A stretch of DNA of 64,000 nucleotides from Anaerolineales bacterium (GCA_034434495.1 DAOTZE010000034.1:14032-78031), one strand, 5' to 3'. Positions 56,455 to 64,000 are shown, counted from the stretch's first letter. Numbers and translations are program-made. The notes: generated by a model from the letters alone, not told the origin.

Positions 56455-56495
56455 TGGTTGGTGGTTGTCAGTAGGTAGTGTTCAGCGCTCAGTTC
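56452..56495. repeat. Heptamer-periodic repeat after glnS
   Basis: GGTTGAT GGTTGGT GGTTGTC AGTAGGT AGTGTTC AGCGCTC. Confidence 0.6.
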
Positions 56496-56595
56496 AGTCC
56501 GAAGGACTTCCATGTATTGAGGCAGGGCTTTAGCCCGCACTGAATGAAGGGATTCGATTTTCCCACTTGACAACTCACCCCTTCTAAAGAATATC

Positions 56596-56647
56596 CGTCC
56601 CGCAGGTTTAATAAAACACCATAACCTTAACTCAACCCTGCGGGACG
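56596..56647. repeat. REPIN-like inverted repeat (left)
   Basis: CGTCCCGCAGGTT (56596-56608) and AACCCTGCGGGACG (56634-56647), with a 25-nt spacer. Confidence 0.8.
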
Positions 56648-56667
56648 TTTTTTTCAAAGAGTAATTT

Positions 56668-57246
56668 ATGCCATATCAAAATACTGAATTCACAAAAGGA
56701 CAGTACTATCACATCTACAATCGCGGCGCGGGGAAATCAAAAATTTTCTTGGTTGAAGAAAACTACCATTATCTAATTCAGCTAATCGAAAAAAATTGTG
56801 AGAAATATGGGATGGGAATTATCTGTTATTGTCTCATGCCAAATCATTATCATTTTTTACTGCGGCAATTAACTGATATACCAATTTCAAAATTTATCAA
56901 TGTCCTGTTCAATGGATATGTGCAAGCGCTAAATAGGCAGCAAAATAGAACGGGAACTTTATTTGAGGGTCGTTTCAAGCATATTTTGATTGATGAGTGG
57001 AAATATTTAATCCACCTTTGCAGATACATTCATAGGAATCCAGTAAAAGCAGGCTTGGTTAAAAGCCCGGAAGAATGGGAACATTCAAATTACAGAGACT
57101 GGATTGGAAGGCGAAATGGAATTTTGAAAGATAATGAATTTATCAAAGAACATTTTGCAGATGCAAATTCTTACATTCAGTTTGTTAATGACACTGAGGA
57201 TGAAAAGAAAAATTTATCTAAAATTGGAAAGTATATTTGGGATTGA
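56668..57246 (+). CDS. REP-associated tyrosine transposase (RAYT; IS200/IS605-like Y1 HUH transposase)
   Basis: 192 aa with HUH motif LMPNHYHFLL and the catalytic-Tyr motif RYIHRNPVKAGLV, which parallels YIxxNPVKxGxV of E. coli RayT/YafM. Confidence 0.85.
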   Translation: MPYQNTEFTKGQYYHIYNRGAGKSKIFLVEENYHYLIQLIEKNCEKYGMGIICYCLMPNHYHFLLRQLTDIPISKFINVLFNGYVQALNRQQNRTGTLFEGRFKHILIDEWKYLIHLCRYIHRNPVKAGLVKSPEEWEHSNYRDWIGRRNGILKDNEFIKEHFADANSYIQFVNDTEDEKKNLSKIGKYIWD

Positions 57247-57262
57247 GATTTACCTGTAACAA

Positions 57263-57317
57263 CGTCCCGCAGGGTTGATTATTAGTTTGTGACGAATCTA
57301 CTTCAACCTGCGGGACG
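57263..57317. repeat. REPIN-like inverted repeat (right)
   Basis: CGTCCCGCAGGGTT (57263-57276) and AACCTGCGGGACG (57305-57317), with a 28-nt spacer. Confidence 0.8.
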
Positions 57318-57404
57318 GATTTGAATTTTCCCACTTGACAACTCACCCCCCTCTCATGTAAACTGCTAACGTAATTAAATTCTAAAGAAAGGAGCGCACT
57401 TCAA

Positions 57405-57482
57405 ATGATTTTAGAAAACCGAAAAGACCGCAAACCTGAAATAAATGTATTGTCTCGAAGTGCGCCTATTGACTGTTCTTAG
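57405..57482 (+). CDS. Candidate small ORF / leader peptide (25 aa: MILENRKDRKPEINVLSRSAPIDCS)
   Basis: AAAGGAG lies 10 nt upstream of the ATG, and a TTGACA-N18-TAAACT promoter-like sequence lies in the upstream direct repeat. A strong terminator lies 20 nt downstream. There is no homology evidence, so the ORF may be non-coding. Confidence 0.3.
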   Translation: MILENRKDRKPEINVLSRSAPIDCS

Positions 57483-57503
57483 GTCTATCCTTGCGTCCTC
57501 GCA

Positions 57504-57536
57504 AGCCACGGTGCATTTTGCATCGTGGCTTTTTTG
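57504..57536 (+). terminator. Strong rho-independent terminator
   Basis: AGCCACGGTGC atttt GCATCGTGGCT (11 bp including one G-U pair), followed by TTTTTGTT. Confidence 0.85.
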
Positions 57537-57543
57537 TTGGTAA

Positions 57544-57613
57544 AACCGACCGCAGACGACAGACCGCTTTCTTTCGTCCGCGGCCTACCGTCAACCTAGC
57601 AACCTTCAACCTG
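57544..57613. repeat. GAC/GTC heptamer-periodic element upstream of the ABC genes
   Basis: AACCGAC CGCAGAC GACAGAC CGCTTTC TTTCGTC CGCGGCC TACCGTC AACCTAG CAACCTT CAACCTG. Confidence 0.7.
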
Positions 57614-57631
57614 TAATTTGGAACTCACACC

Positions 57632-59377
57632 ATGAACTTATCACTCAAATCTTACTACCACCTGCTCGCCGGCCACATCCGCCCCCAGCGCGGACGGTTC
57701 TTCCTGCTCGCCTTTTTACTGTTTGGCAGTATCGGCTTGCGGATTTTCGCCCCGCAAATTATGCGCGAGTTTATTGACTCAGCCCTGGCAGGCGAAGCGC
57801 TTGCCACTTTAATCTGGACCGCGCTTGCCTTCATCAGCATTGCCTTGATTCAACAAGTCGTTGCAATCGGAGTGACTTATCTCGGCGAAACCGTCTCATG
57901 GACTGCAACCAACGCGCTCCGCGCCGAACTCGCCGAACACGCTTTACATCTCGACATGAAATTCCACAATGACCATACACCTGGCGAATTAATCGAACGC
58001 ATTGATGGCGATGTCACCGAGTTAGCAACTTTCTTTTCACAATTTGCATTGAACTTAATTGCAAACGGTTTATTGCTCATTGGCATTCTCATCGCCTTGT
58101 TTATTGAAGATTGGCGCGCGGGTTTGGCGTTCACTATTTATTCTTTCTTAACCATTTTTATTTTAGGAAAAGTAAAAGACATCGCCGTGCCGCATCAAAA
58201 AGCGCGGCGCGAAGCCGAAGCGCAATATTACGGCTTTATTGAGGAACAATTAAACGGCACAGAAGATATTCGCTCCAGCGGCGCGGTTAGTTTTTCCATC
58301 CGCGAGTTATTTCGGCATCAAAGCGAAATTCTCACGCACAGCCGCAAAGTGCATTTCAAACGTTGGATTATCGAAAACGCAATGGGACTTGCGCTCACCT
58401 CTGGCACAATCCTCGCCATCGTCAGCGGCTATTGGCTGTTTGCTTTAGGCCTCATCACCATTGGCACGGTTTATCTTTTCGTACATTACATCAATTTACT
58501 TGAAGAACCGTTTTGGGCAATGACGCATGAAATCGAAAGCTTTCAAACCATCGGCGCGTGCGTGGAGAGGCTAACTGAGTTTAAGGCGCTCCAGCGTGAG
58601 GTCAAGAACGAAGCGGGTTTGGAAATTAAGTCACACCCGCTTGATTTGAAATTCGACAATGTGACATTTTCCTACAACGGAAACGATTCGGTTCTTTCGC
58701 GCCTCTCTTTTGACCTGCAGGCTGGTTCTGTTTTAGGTCTGCTGGGCCGCACGGGAAGCGGAAAGACCACCATCGGACGATTGATTTTCCGTTTGTATGA
58801 TGTGCAAAATGGAAGCATAAAAATAAATGGTGTAAACATAAAAGATTTATCTCTTGAATCATTACGAAAAAATATCGCCATTGTCACTCAAGATGTGCAA
58901 TTATTCAAAGCATCCATTCGCGAAAATTTGACTTTCTTCGATAGAACAATTACAGACGAAAAAATTATCAGCACACTAGAAGAATTGGAGCTCGGCGATT
59001 GGTATAAAAATTTACCCAATGGTTTAGATACTGAACTTGAAACAGGCTCAAAATCGCTATCCGCAGGCGAAGCGCAATTGCTGGCGTTTACGCGAGTCTT
59101 TTTGAAAAATCCAGGCTTGGTGATTTTAGATGAAGCCTCATCACGGTTAGACCCCGCCACCGAAGTCAAACTTGAACACGCTATAGATAAATTATTAAAA
59201 GGCAGAACCGCCATCATCATTGCCCACAAACTCGACACCATCAAACGCGCAGATGATATTTTGATTTTAGAACGCGGCAACGCGCTTGAATATGGAAACA
59301 GAAAAGGACTTGCCGAGAATCCAAATTCGCGTTTTTATCAACTCCTGAAAACTGGCATGGAAGAAGTGCTTGCATAA
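57632..59377 (+). CDS. ABC exporter, fused permease/ATPase half-transporter (type I exporter)
   Basis: 581 aa: a 6-TM domain followed by Walker A GRTGSGKTT, signature LSAGEAQ, and Walker B VILDEAS. Confidence 0.9.
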   Translation: MNLSLKSYYHLLAGHIRPQRGRFFLLAFLLFGSIGLRIFAPQIMREFIDSALAGEALATLIWTALAFISIALIQQVVAIGVTYLGETVSWTATNALRAELAEHALHLDMKFHNDHTPGELIERIDGDVTELATFFSQFALNLIANGLLLIGILIALFIEDWRAGLAFTIYSFLTIFILGKVKDIAVPHQKARREAEAQYYGFIEEQLNGTEDIRSSGAVSFSIRELFRHQSEILTHSRKVHFKRWIIENAMGLALTSGTILAIVSGYWLFALGLITIGTVYLFVHYINLLEEPFWAMTHEIESFQTIGACVERLTEFKALQREVKNEAGLEIKSHPLDLKFDNVTFSYNGNDSVLSRLSFDLQAGSVLGLLGRTGSGKTTIGRLIFRLYDVQNGSIKINGVNIKDLSLESLRKNIAIVTQDVQLFKASIRENLTFFDRTITDEKIISTLEELELGDWYKNLPNGLDTELETGSKSLSAGEAQLLAFTRVFLKNPGLVILDEASSRLDPATEVKLEHAIDKLLKGRTAIIIAHKLDTIKRADDILILERGNALEYGNRKGLAENPNSRFYQLLKTGMEEVLA

Positions 59378-59378
59378 A

Positions 59379-59443
59379 TGGACGATAGACTGCCGACCAT
59401 AGACTGTTTGTTTTTATCGTCTATCGTCTGCGGTCCGTAGTCA
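59379..59443. repeat. Palindromic GAC/GTC heptamer element between the two ABC genes
   Basis: GACGATA GACTGCC GACCATA GACTGTT TGTTTTT ATCGTCT ATCGTCT GCGGTCC GTAGTCA. GACGATAGAC (59381-59390) pairs with GTCTATCGTC (59419-59428). Confidence 0.8.
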
Positions 59444-59453
59444 AGGAATTTAT

Positions 59454-61259
59454 ATGACTGAAACCACCCTCAACCAAAACGAAAACATCCCATCCCTTCC
59501 CGCATGGAAAGTGATTTGGGAAATGATTCGCTTCCGCCCGTGGCTCGATTTTATTGACTTCATCAGCGTCGCTCTGATTCGCTTTTGCTGGCAAATTGCG
59601 CCTGCGTTAATCATCAAAGCCTTTTTTGATTTTGTCACAGGCGCAACGCAACTCGCCTTTGGCGTTTGGGCAATCGTGGCGTTTTTATTCGCCGCATGGA
59701 TTGGGCGCGTCATCGCAAGTTATGGCTTTTACTATGCCGATGTCCCCATCTTCGCAGAGATGAATACGCTGGTGCGAAAAAATTTATTATCGTATATTCT
59801 CAAACGCCCCGGCGCATCGCAACTCCCCGATTCCCCGGGCGAAGCGGTGAGCAGATTCAAAACCGATGTGGACCAAATCCCGTTGTTTGTGATTCTCATC
59901 AACGACATTCTCGTCGGCATTGGCATCATCGTGTATGCCATTTACTTGATGACTCAAATCAGCGTTTCCATCACTGTCATGGCGCTGCTTCCATTAATCA
60001 TCGTTGGCATTGTCGCAAACATCGCCACAAAACGAATTGAGCATTATCGCACTGCCTCACGTCAAGCCGCAGGCAATGTGGCTGGGTTCATTGGCGAATT
60101 TTTTGGCGCAGTGCAAGCGGTCAAAGTTGCAACTGCTGAAAAAAACATCATCAACCATTTCCACAAAATCAATGATGAGCGCCGCGTGTTAACCGTGCGC
60201 GAAAAAGTTTTTGACGATATTCTCGGTTCGATTTACCGCAACACATCCACGCTTGGCACGGGCGTTATCTTAATTCTTGTCGGTCAAGCCATGCGCGGGG
60301 GCAGTTTTACGCTCGGCGATTTTTCGCTCTTCGTTTATCTGCTTGTCAGCATGGGCGACCTCACAACGTTTGCAGGCATGTTGTGGGCGCGTTATAAACA
60401 ACTCGAAGTTTCCGTCAAACGCATGTATCGCCTCATGGAAAATGCGCCATTGAACGCGCTCGTTGAACACAGCAAAGTGGATTTTTCTGCCCCATTGCCT
60501 GAGGTTAAGTATGATGAAAAAACCGCTTCAGACCGACTGGAAGAATTGGTCGCTGACCGTTTGACATTTCACTACCCCGATTCATCCAACGGCATCGAAG
60601 ACATTTCTCTCAAAGTCAAGCGCGGCACATTGACAGTGATTACAGGTCGTATTGGCTCTGGCAAAACAACTTTATTACGGACATTGCTCGGTTTGCTCCC
60701 GGCAGAATCTGGCACAATCAAATGGAATGGAAACATCATTCAAGATGCAAGTAACTTCTTCATTCCGCCAAGATGCGCGTACACGGCGCAAGTTCCGCGT
60801 TTGTTTAGCAACACCTTACGCAACAATATTTTGCTTGGCTTGAACAAAAGCGATGATGAAATTTATCAAGCCGCCAAACTCGCCGTGATGGATAAAGATT
60901 TAGAACAACTTGATGATAATCTTGAAACAATGGTTGGCTCTCGTGGAGTTAAATTATCTGGCGGTCAAATGCAACGAACCGCCGCCGCGAGAATGTTCAT
61001 CCGTGAGCCCGAACTCGTCGTGTTTGACGATTTATCCAGCGCGTTAGATGTGGATACCGAAAAACAACTCTGGGAGCGAATCTTTGAATCAGGCAAAGAG
61101 ATGACCTGTTTAGTCGTATCCCATCGCCGTCCGTTGTTGAGGCGTGCAGACCACATCATCGTGCTAAAAAATGGTAAAGTTGAATCCGAAGGCAGATTAG
61201 ATGAACTGCTTGGGTCAAGCCCTGAAATGCGAGAGTTATGGAAGTTGGAAAATGAATGA
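59454..61259 (+). CDS. ABC exporter, fused permease/ATPase half-transporter (heterodimer partner)
   Basis: 601 aa: a TM domain followed by Walker A GRIGSGKTT, signature LSGGQMQR, and Walker B VVFDDLS. Confidence 0.9.
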   Translation: MTETTLNQNENIPSLPAWKVIWEMIRFRPWLDFIDFISVALIRFCWQIAPALIIKAFFDFVTGATQLAFGVWAIVAFLFAAWIGRVIASYGFYYADVPIFAEMNTLVRKNLLSYILKRPGASQLPDSPGEAVSRFKTDVDQIPLFVILINDILVGIGIIVYAIYLMTQISVSITVMALLPLIIVGIVANIATKRIEHYRTASRQAAGNVAGFIGEFFGAVQAVKVATAEKNIINHFHKINDERRVLTVREKVFDDILGSIYRNTSTLGTGVILILVGQAMRGGSFTLGDFSLFVYLLVSMGDLTTFAGMLWARYKQLEVSVKRMYRLMENAPLNALVEHSKVDFSAPLPEVKYDEKTASDRLEELVADRLTFHYPDSSNGIEDISLKVKRGTLTVITGRIGSGKTTLLRTLLGLLPAESGTIKWNGNIIQDASNFFIPPRCAYTAQVPRLFSNTLRNNILLGLNKSDDEIYQAAKLAVMDKDLEQLDDNLETMVGSRGVKLSGGQMQRTAAARMFIREPELVVFDDLSSALDVDTEKQLWERIFESGKEMTCLVVSHRRPLLRRADHIIVLKNGKVESEGRLDELLGSSPEMRELWKLENE

Positions 61260-61260
61260 C

Positions 61261-61310
61261 GGCGGACCGCGAACCGCTGACTATTGTCCGCCGTCAGCGG
61301 TTCGCGGTCA
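61261..61310. repeat. 17-bp perfect hairpin after the second ABC gene
   Basis: GACCGCGAACCGCTGAC (61265-61281) pairs with GTCAGCGGTTCGCGGTC (61293-61309) around an 11-nt loop. No T-run follows. Confidence 0.8.
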
Positions 61311-61339
61311 TGTTCATTGAAAAGAAAGATGCAAAATAA

Positions 61340-61762
61340 ATGTCAACATCAAACGAATTAATTCGCCAAGCGCGCGAAACATTTAATAACGCCATAGCAA
61401 ACAAAGACGCTGAAACAATACGCTCTCTGCTTGCTCCAAGTTACCACATCGTCACAGGTCGCAGCGACCAGTTTCACGGTCAAGAAGAAGAGGCGAAGCG
61501 ATGGAGTCAAGTTTTTGAATCGGACCCCACTGCAATTTATCGCCGCACTCCGCGAGAGATAACAATCAATGAACGCTGGGGCATTGCTGAAGAACTCGGC
61601 AATTGGCATGGAAGTTATACTATCGAAAAACAGTTAGTGAATGCTTCGGGCGTGTATTCGGCTAAATGGCAAAAAACAAAAAATGGAAACTGGGTGTTGC
61701 AAGCGGAAATTTTTACGACGATTGAGTTTGATGAGGCTTGTATTCCACCAGAGCCAATTTAG
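61340..61762 (+). CDS. SnoaL-like / DUF4440 (NTF2-fold) protein
   Basis: 140 aa. The N-terminal pattern FNNAIANKDAETIRSLLAPSY and the WQKTKNGNWVL C-terminus are typical of NTF2-like DUF4440 proteins. Confidence 0.6.
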   Translation: MSTSNELIRQARETFNNAIANKDAETIRSLLAPSYHIVTGRSDQFHGQEEEAKRWSQVFESDPTAIYRRTPREITINERWGIAEELGNWHGSYTIEKQLVNASGVYSAKWQKTKNGNWVLQAEIFTTIEFDEACIPPEPI

Positions 61763-61810
61763 ACAATGGACGACAGACGATGGTCAATGGTCTATCGTCC
61801 GCCGTCAAGG
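61763..61810. repeat. GAC/GTC heptamer-periodic element upstream of rtcB
   Basis: GACAATG GACGACA GACGATG GTCAATG GTCTATC GTCCGCC GTCAAGG. The track ORF start at 61738 reads through it. Confidence 0.7.
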
Positions 61811-61818
61811 AACTTAAG

Positions 61819-63240
61819 ATGGACATCATCACAGGCAAAATCTTAAAATATCACAACTGGGCTGATGGAAAAATTATCGGGTTAGCAAAAGATGCGGGGA
61901 ACAAGTTAATGGAATCAGGTCTGGATAGAGAAGCGGCTCTTGCCCGACTCGATGCCGTGCGTCAAAATCCCGGGAGTTTCCTCGCCGACCCCTTGTTCGC
62001 AGACCTCGCGCGCGAATGCTTGAAAATCGCGCAAAAAGATGAAGCCCCGCCAAGCGAACTACGCGCCTCGCCCCTACCCTTCCCCATTTGGGGACGCGAC
62101 CAAATTGACAGTGAAGCAATTAAGCAGATGCAAAATGCAATGCGTTTGCCGGTCACTGTGACAGGCGCGTTAATGCCTGATGCTCATGTCGGTTATGGGC
62201 TTCCCATCGGCGGCGTGCTAGCCACCGATAATGTCGTCATCCCGTACGCGGTGGGCGTGGATATCGCCTGCCGCATGAGACTTTCATTGTATGAAGTCTC
62301 CCCCATTTTGCTTGGTCAAAAGAAAGGCATGTTTGAAGAATCATTATGGAATGAAACTGCCTTTGGCATGGGTGCAAAATGGACAGGTAGCAAAAGAGCA
62401 AGCCATGAAGTGTTGGATGATGAGGCTTGGGATGCAACAAAGCAATTGAAGTCCTTGAAAGATACGGCTATGAATCAACTTGGCACAAGCGGAACGGGTA
62501 ATCATTTTGTCGAGTGGGGTTCGTTCCGTTTGCACGAGCCGATGTTCGGATTACAGCCCGGCGAATATTTGGCTCTGCTCTCGCACAGCGGCTCGCGCGG
62601 CGTGGGCGCGAAGATTGCCGATAGATTCAGCAAACTTGCGATGGAAAAACATCCTGATTTAGATAAAAGCGTGCGCCACTTAGCGTGGTTAGATTTAGAT
62701 TCGGAAGATGGGCAGGAATATTGGCTCTCGATGGAATTGGCGGGCAGGTTCGCTTCGGCGAATCATTACGTCATTCATAAACGCGTCGCCGCGGCGGTTG
62801 GCTTGAAAGAAGTTGCTGTTGTAGAAAATCATCACAACTTTGCATGGAAAGAAAAACTTCCTGATGGGCGCGAAGTGATTGTCCATCGCAAAGGCGCAAC
62901 GCCGGCAGGTAAAGGCGTTTTGGGCGTGATTCCCGGTTCGATGGGCGATGCAGGTTATGTCGTCAGAGGAAGAGGCGTAAGCGAATCTCTTGAGTCTGCA
63001 TCACATGGGGCAGGTCGCTTAATGAGCAGACGCGCCGCGATTAATTCCATCAGCAAATCTTCAAGAGATGAATATCTCAAAGAACGTGGCGTCACTTTGC
63101 TTGGCGGCGGCATTGACGAATCTCCGCAAGCGTATAAGCCGATTGATGAAGTCATTTCCGCTCAACGTGATTTGGTGGATGTAATCGGCAAGTTCACACC
63201 GAAAATTGTCCGCATGGCAGATGAGCCTGGTGATATATAA
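61819..63240 (+). CDS. rtcB: RNA 3'-phosphate ligase RtcB
   Basis: PDAHVGYGLPIGGV, GTGNHFVEW, SHSGSRGVG, HRKGAT and SHGAGR metal/GTP-site motifs. The likely ATG (MDIITGK) is at 61819. Confidence 0.9.
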   Translation: MDIITGKILKYHNWADGKIIGLAKDAGNKLMESGLDREAALARLDAVRQNPGSFLADPLFADLARECLKIAQKDEAPPSELRASPLPFPIWGRDQIDSEAIKQMQNAMRLPVTVTGALMPDAHVGYGLPIGGVLATDNVVIPYAVGVDIACRMRLSLYEVSPILLGQKKGMFEESLWNETAFGMGAKWTGSKRASHEVLDDEAWDATKQLKSLKDTAMNQLGTSGTGNHFVEWGSFRLHEPMFGLQPGEYLALLSHSGSRGVGAKIADRFSKLAMEKHPDLDKSVRHLAWLDLDSEDGQEYWLSMELAGRFASANHYVIHKRVAAAVGLKEVAVVENHHNFAWKEKLPDGREVIVHRKGATPAGKGVLGVIPGSMGDAGYVVRGRGVSESLESASHGAGRLMSRRAAINSISKSSRDEYLKERGVTLLGGGIDESPQAYKPIDEVISAQRDLVDVIGKFTPKIVRMADEPGDI

Positions 63241-63456
63241 AAATTGTAAGGGCGACCCATCTATGCAAAGCAAAACCATTAGGAAGAAAATCATTGTAAT
63301 CATCAAGAATCAAATTTACGGAAAAGCGGGTCGCCCTTTTTGGGGATGCGTGGCTCAACAAAAGGGCGACCCGCTCTGCATAGATGATGTTAATTTACAA
63401 TTTTGATAAAGGGATAATTGTAATCATTGGTTAATCTTGATGGGTCGCCCCTACGA
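63241..63456. repeat. Nested inverted-repeat region built on GGGCGACCC/GGGTCGCCC cores (candidate structured RNA or MITE)
   Basis: GTAAGGGCGACCCATC (63247-63262) pairs with GATGGGTCGCCCCTAC (63439-63454). AGCGGGTCGCCCTTT (63325-63339) pairs with AAAGGGCGACCCGCT (63361-63375). AAATTGTAA with TTACAATTT and CATCTATGCA with TGCATAGATG are also complementary. Confidence 0.7.
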
Positions 63457-63468
63457 TATAATAAAAAT

Positions 63469-64000
63469 ATGTTAATAAAAGATTCTCAATTCCAAGAACT
63501 CCTGCTTTCCTTTTCACAAGAAACTGGTATCAAAGAACGCAAGCAAATCGAAGAGCAGATTTGGAAAAAATACGGCACAGAAAACACTGTGCTGGTTTTG
63601 GATATGTCGGGCTTTTCTTTATTGACCCGCAAATATGGAATTGTGCATTATCTTTCGATGATTCGTAGAATGCAATTAACCGTTGAGCCAATTATCAGTG
63701 GGCATGGCGGGATGTTAATCAAATTTGAAGCGGATAACTGCTTTGCCATTTTGCCAAACCCGCTCAATGCGGCTCGCGCGGCAATCAGCATTCAACATGC
63801 CTTTGCGGCTTCCAATTTACTCACAGCCGATGACTTGGATATTCACGTTTCGATTGGCATTGATTATGGAAAGATATTAATTGTCAACAACGAAGATATG
63901 TTTGGAGATGCGGTGAATCGAGCCTGCAAGATGGGCGAAGATATTGGGAACGCCGATGAAATACTCATCTCAAAAGAAGCGATGGATTTAATTCCAAAAG
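63469..64000 (+). CDS. Class III adenylate/guanylate cyclase domain protein (3' end cut by window)
   Basis: Manual translation from the ATG at 63469. It gives VLVLDMSGFS (metal Asp), KFEADNCFAI (second Asp) and FGDAVNRACKMGE. It is absent from the ORF track because it runs off the window. Confidence 0.75.
   Translation, partial: MLIKDSQFQELLLSFSQETGIKERKQIEEQIWKKYGTENTVLVLDMSGFSLLTRKYGIVHYLSMIRRMQLTVEPIISGHGGMLIKFEADNCFAILPNPLNAARAAISIQHAFAASNLLTADDLDIHVSIGIDYGKILIVNNEDMFGDAVNRACKMGEDIGNADEILISKEAMDLIPK

Larger units (their letters stand above)
56556..57349 (+). mobile_element. RAYT unit: direct repeat - REPIN-like hairpin - Y1 transposase gene - REPIN-like hairpin - direct repeat
   Basis: A 24-bp perfect direct repeat TTTTCCCACTTGACAACTCACCCC lies at 56558-56581 and 57326-57349, and similarity extends about 12 nt upstream. 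It brackets two inverted-repeat pairs and the transposase ORF. Confidence 0.75.

Noticed and set aside
56352-56657. 101-aa minus-strand ORF downstream of glnS.
   Set aside because: It is composed of the glnS 3' end antisense, heptamer repeats, the direct repeat and the left REPIN hairpin. It is a repeat-derived reading frame.
63061-63406. ORFs 63061-63306 (minus strand) and 63206-63406 (plus strand).
   Set aside because: They run through the rtcB 3' end and the nested inverted-repeat region. There is no RBS, and the repeat structure explains the open frames.

Overview
This is a 64-kb bacterial chromosomal window, densely coding on both strands, with about 57 supportable protein genes and one tRNA. 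I saw no rRNA, CRISPR array, prophage or integrase. All calls come from reading the ORF translations and the DNA by eye; no database search was possible.

Gene content from left to right:
- A truncated Hanks-type Ser/Thr kinase and a YigZ/IMPACT protein.
- An NAD-type formate dehydrogenase operon: a NuoE/F-like subunit, a NuoG-like Fe-S module, and a Cys-type molybdopterin catalytic subunit.
- A GntR-regulated corrinoid methyltransferase locus. It holds a B12-binding protein, two non-pyrrolysine MttB paralogues and a methyl-THF methyltransferase, interleaved with an S9 peptidase, an M20 aminoacylase and a secreted S9/DLH lipoprotein.
- A CPA2 antiporter, a homocysteine S-methyltransferase, and a proline-racemase-family protein with an apparent Ser/Cys dyad.
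- A response regulator and a histidine kinase split around a MacAB-like exporter.
- moeA.
- An envelope-like cluster: a UbiA-like protein, an aminotransferase, a DinB protein, a GT-C-like membrane protein and an SDR.
- secDF, a glycerate kinase, and a PAS-GGDEF gene paired with a degenerate REC-GGDEF gene.
- A tightly packed nine-gene minus-strand cluster. It joins an XDH-family molybdenum hydroxylase to a YqeB-type maturation marker, four membrane proteins, a DinB protein and an alpha/beta hydrolase.
- A class II aldolase-like protein, a NUDIX hydrolase, a cNMP-binding histidine kinase, and a SufR-like/DUF59 pair.
- tRNA-Gln(CUG) next to glnS.
- A RAYT (IS200-like Y1 transposase) flanked by REPIN-like hairpins and direct repeats.
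- A small ORF with its own terminator, upstream of two half-ABC exporter genes.
- rtcB followed by a nested-repeat region, and a truncated class III nucleotidyl cyclase.

The most unusual sequence-level signal is a pervasive family of 7-nt-periodic (STRR-like) repeats. They fill intergenic leaders, abut start codons, supply stop codons, and appear in-frame inside two redox-enzyme genes. The taxon cannot be determined from this window alone.
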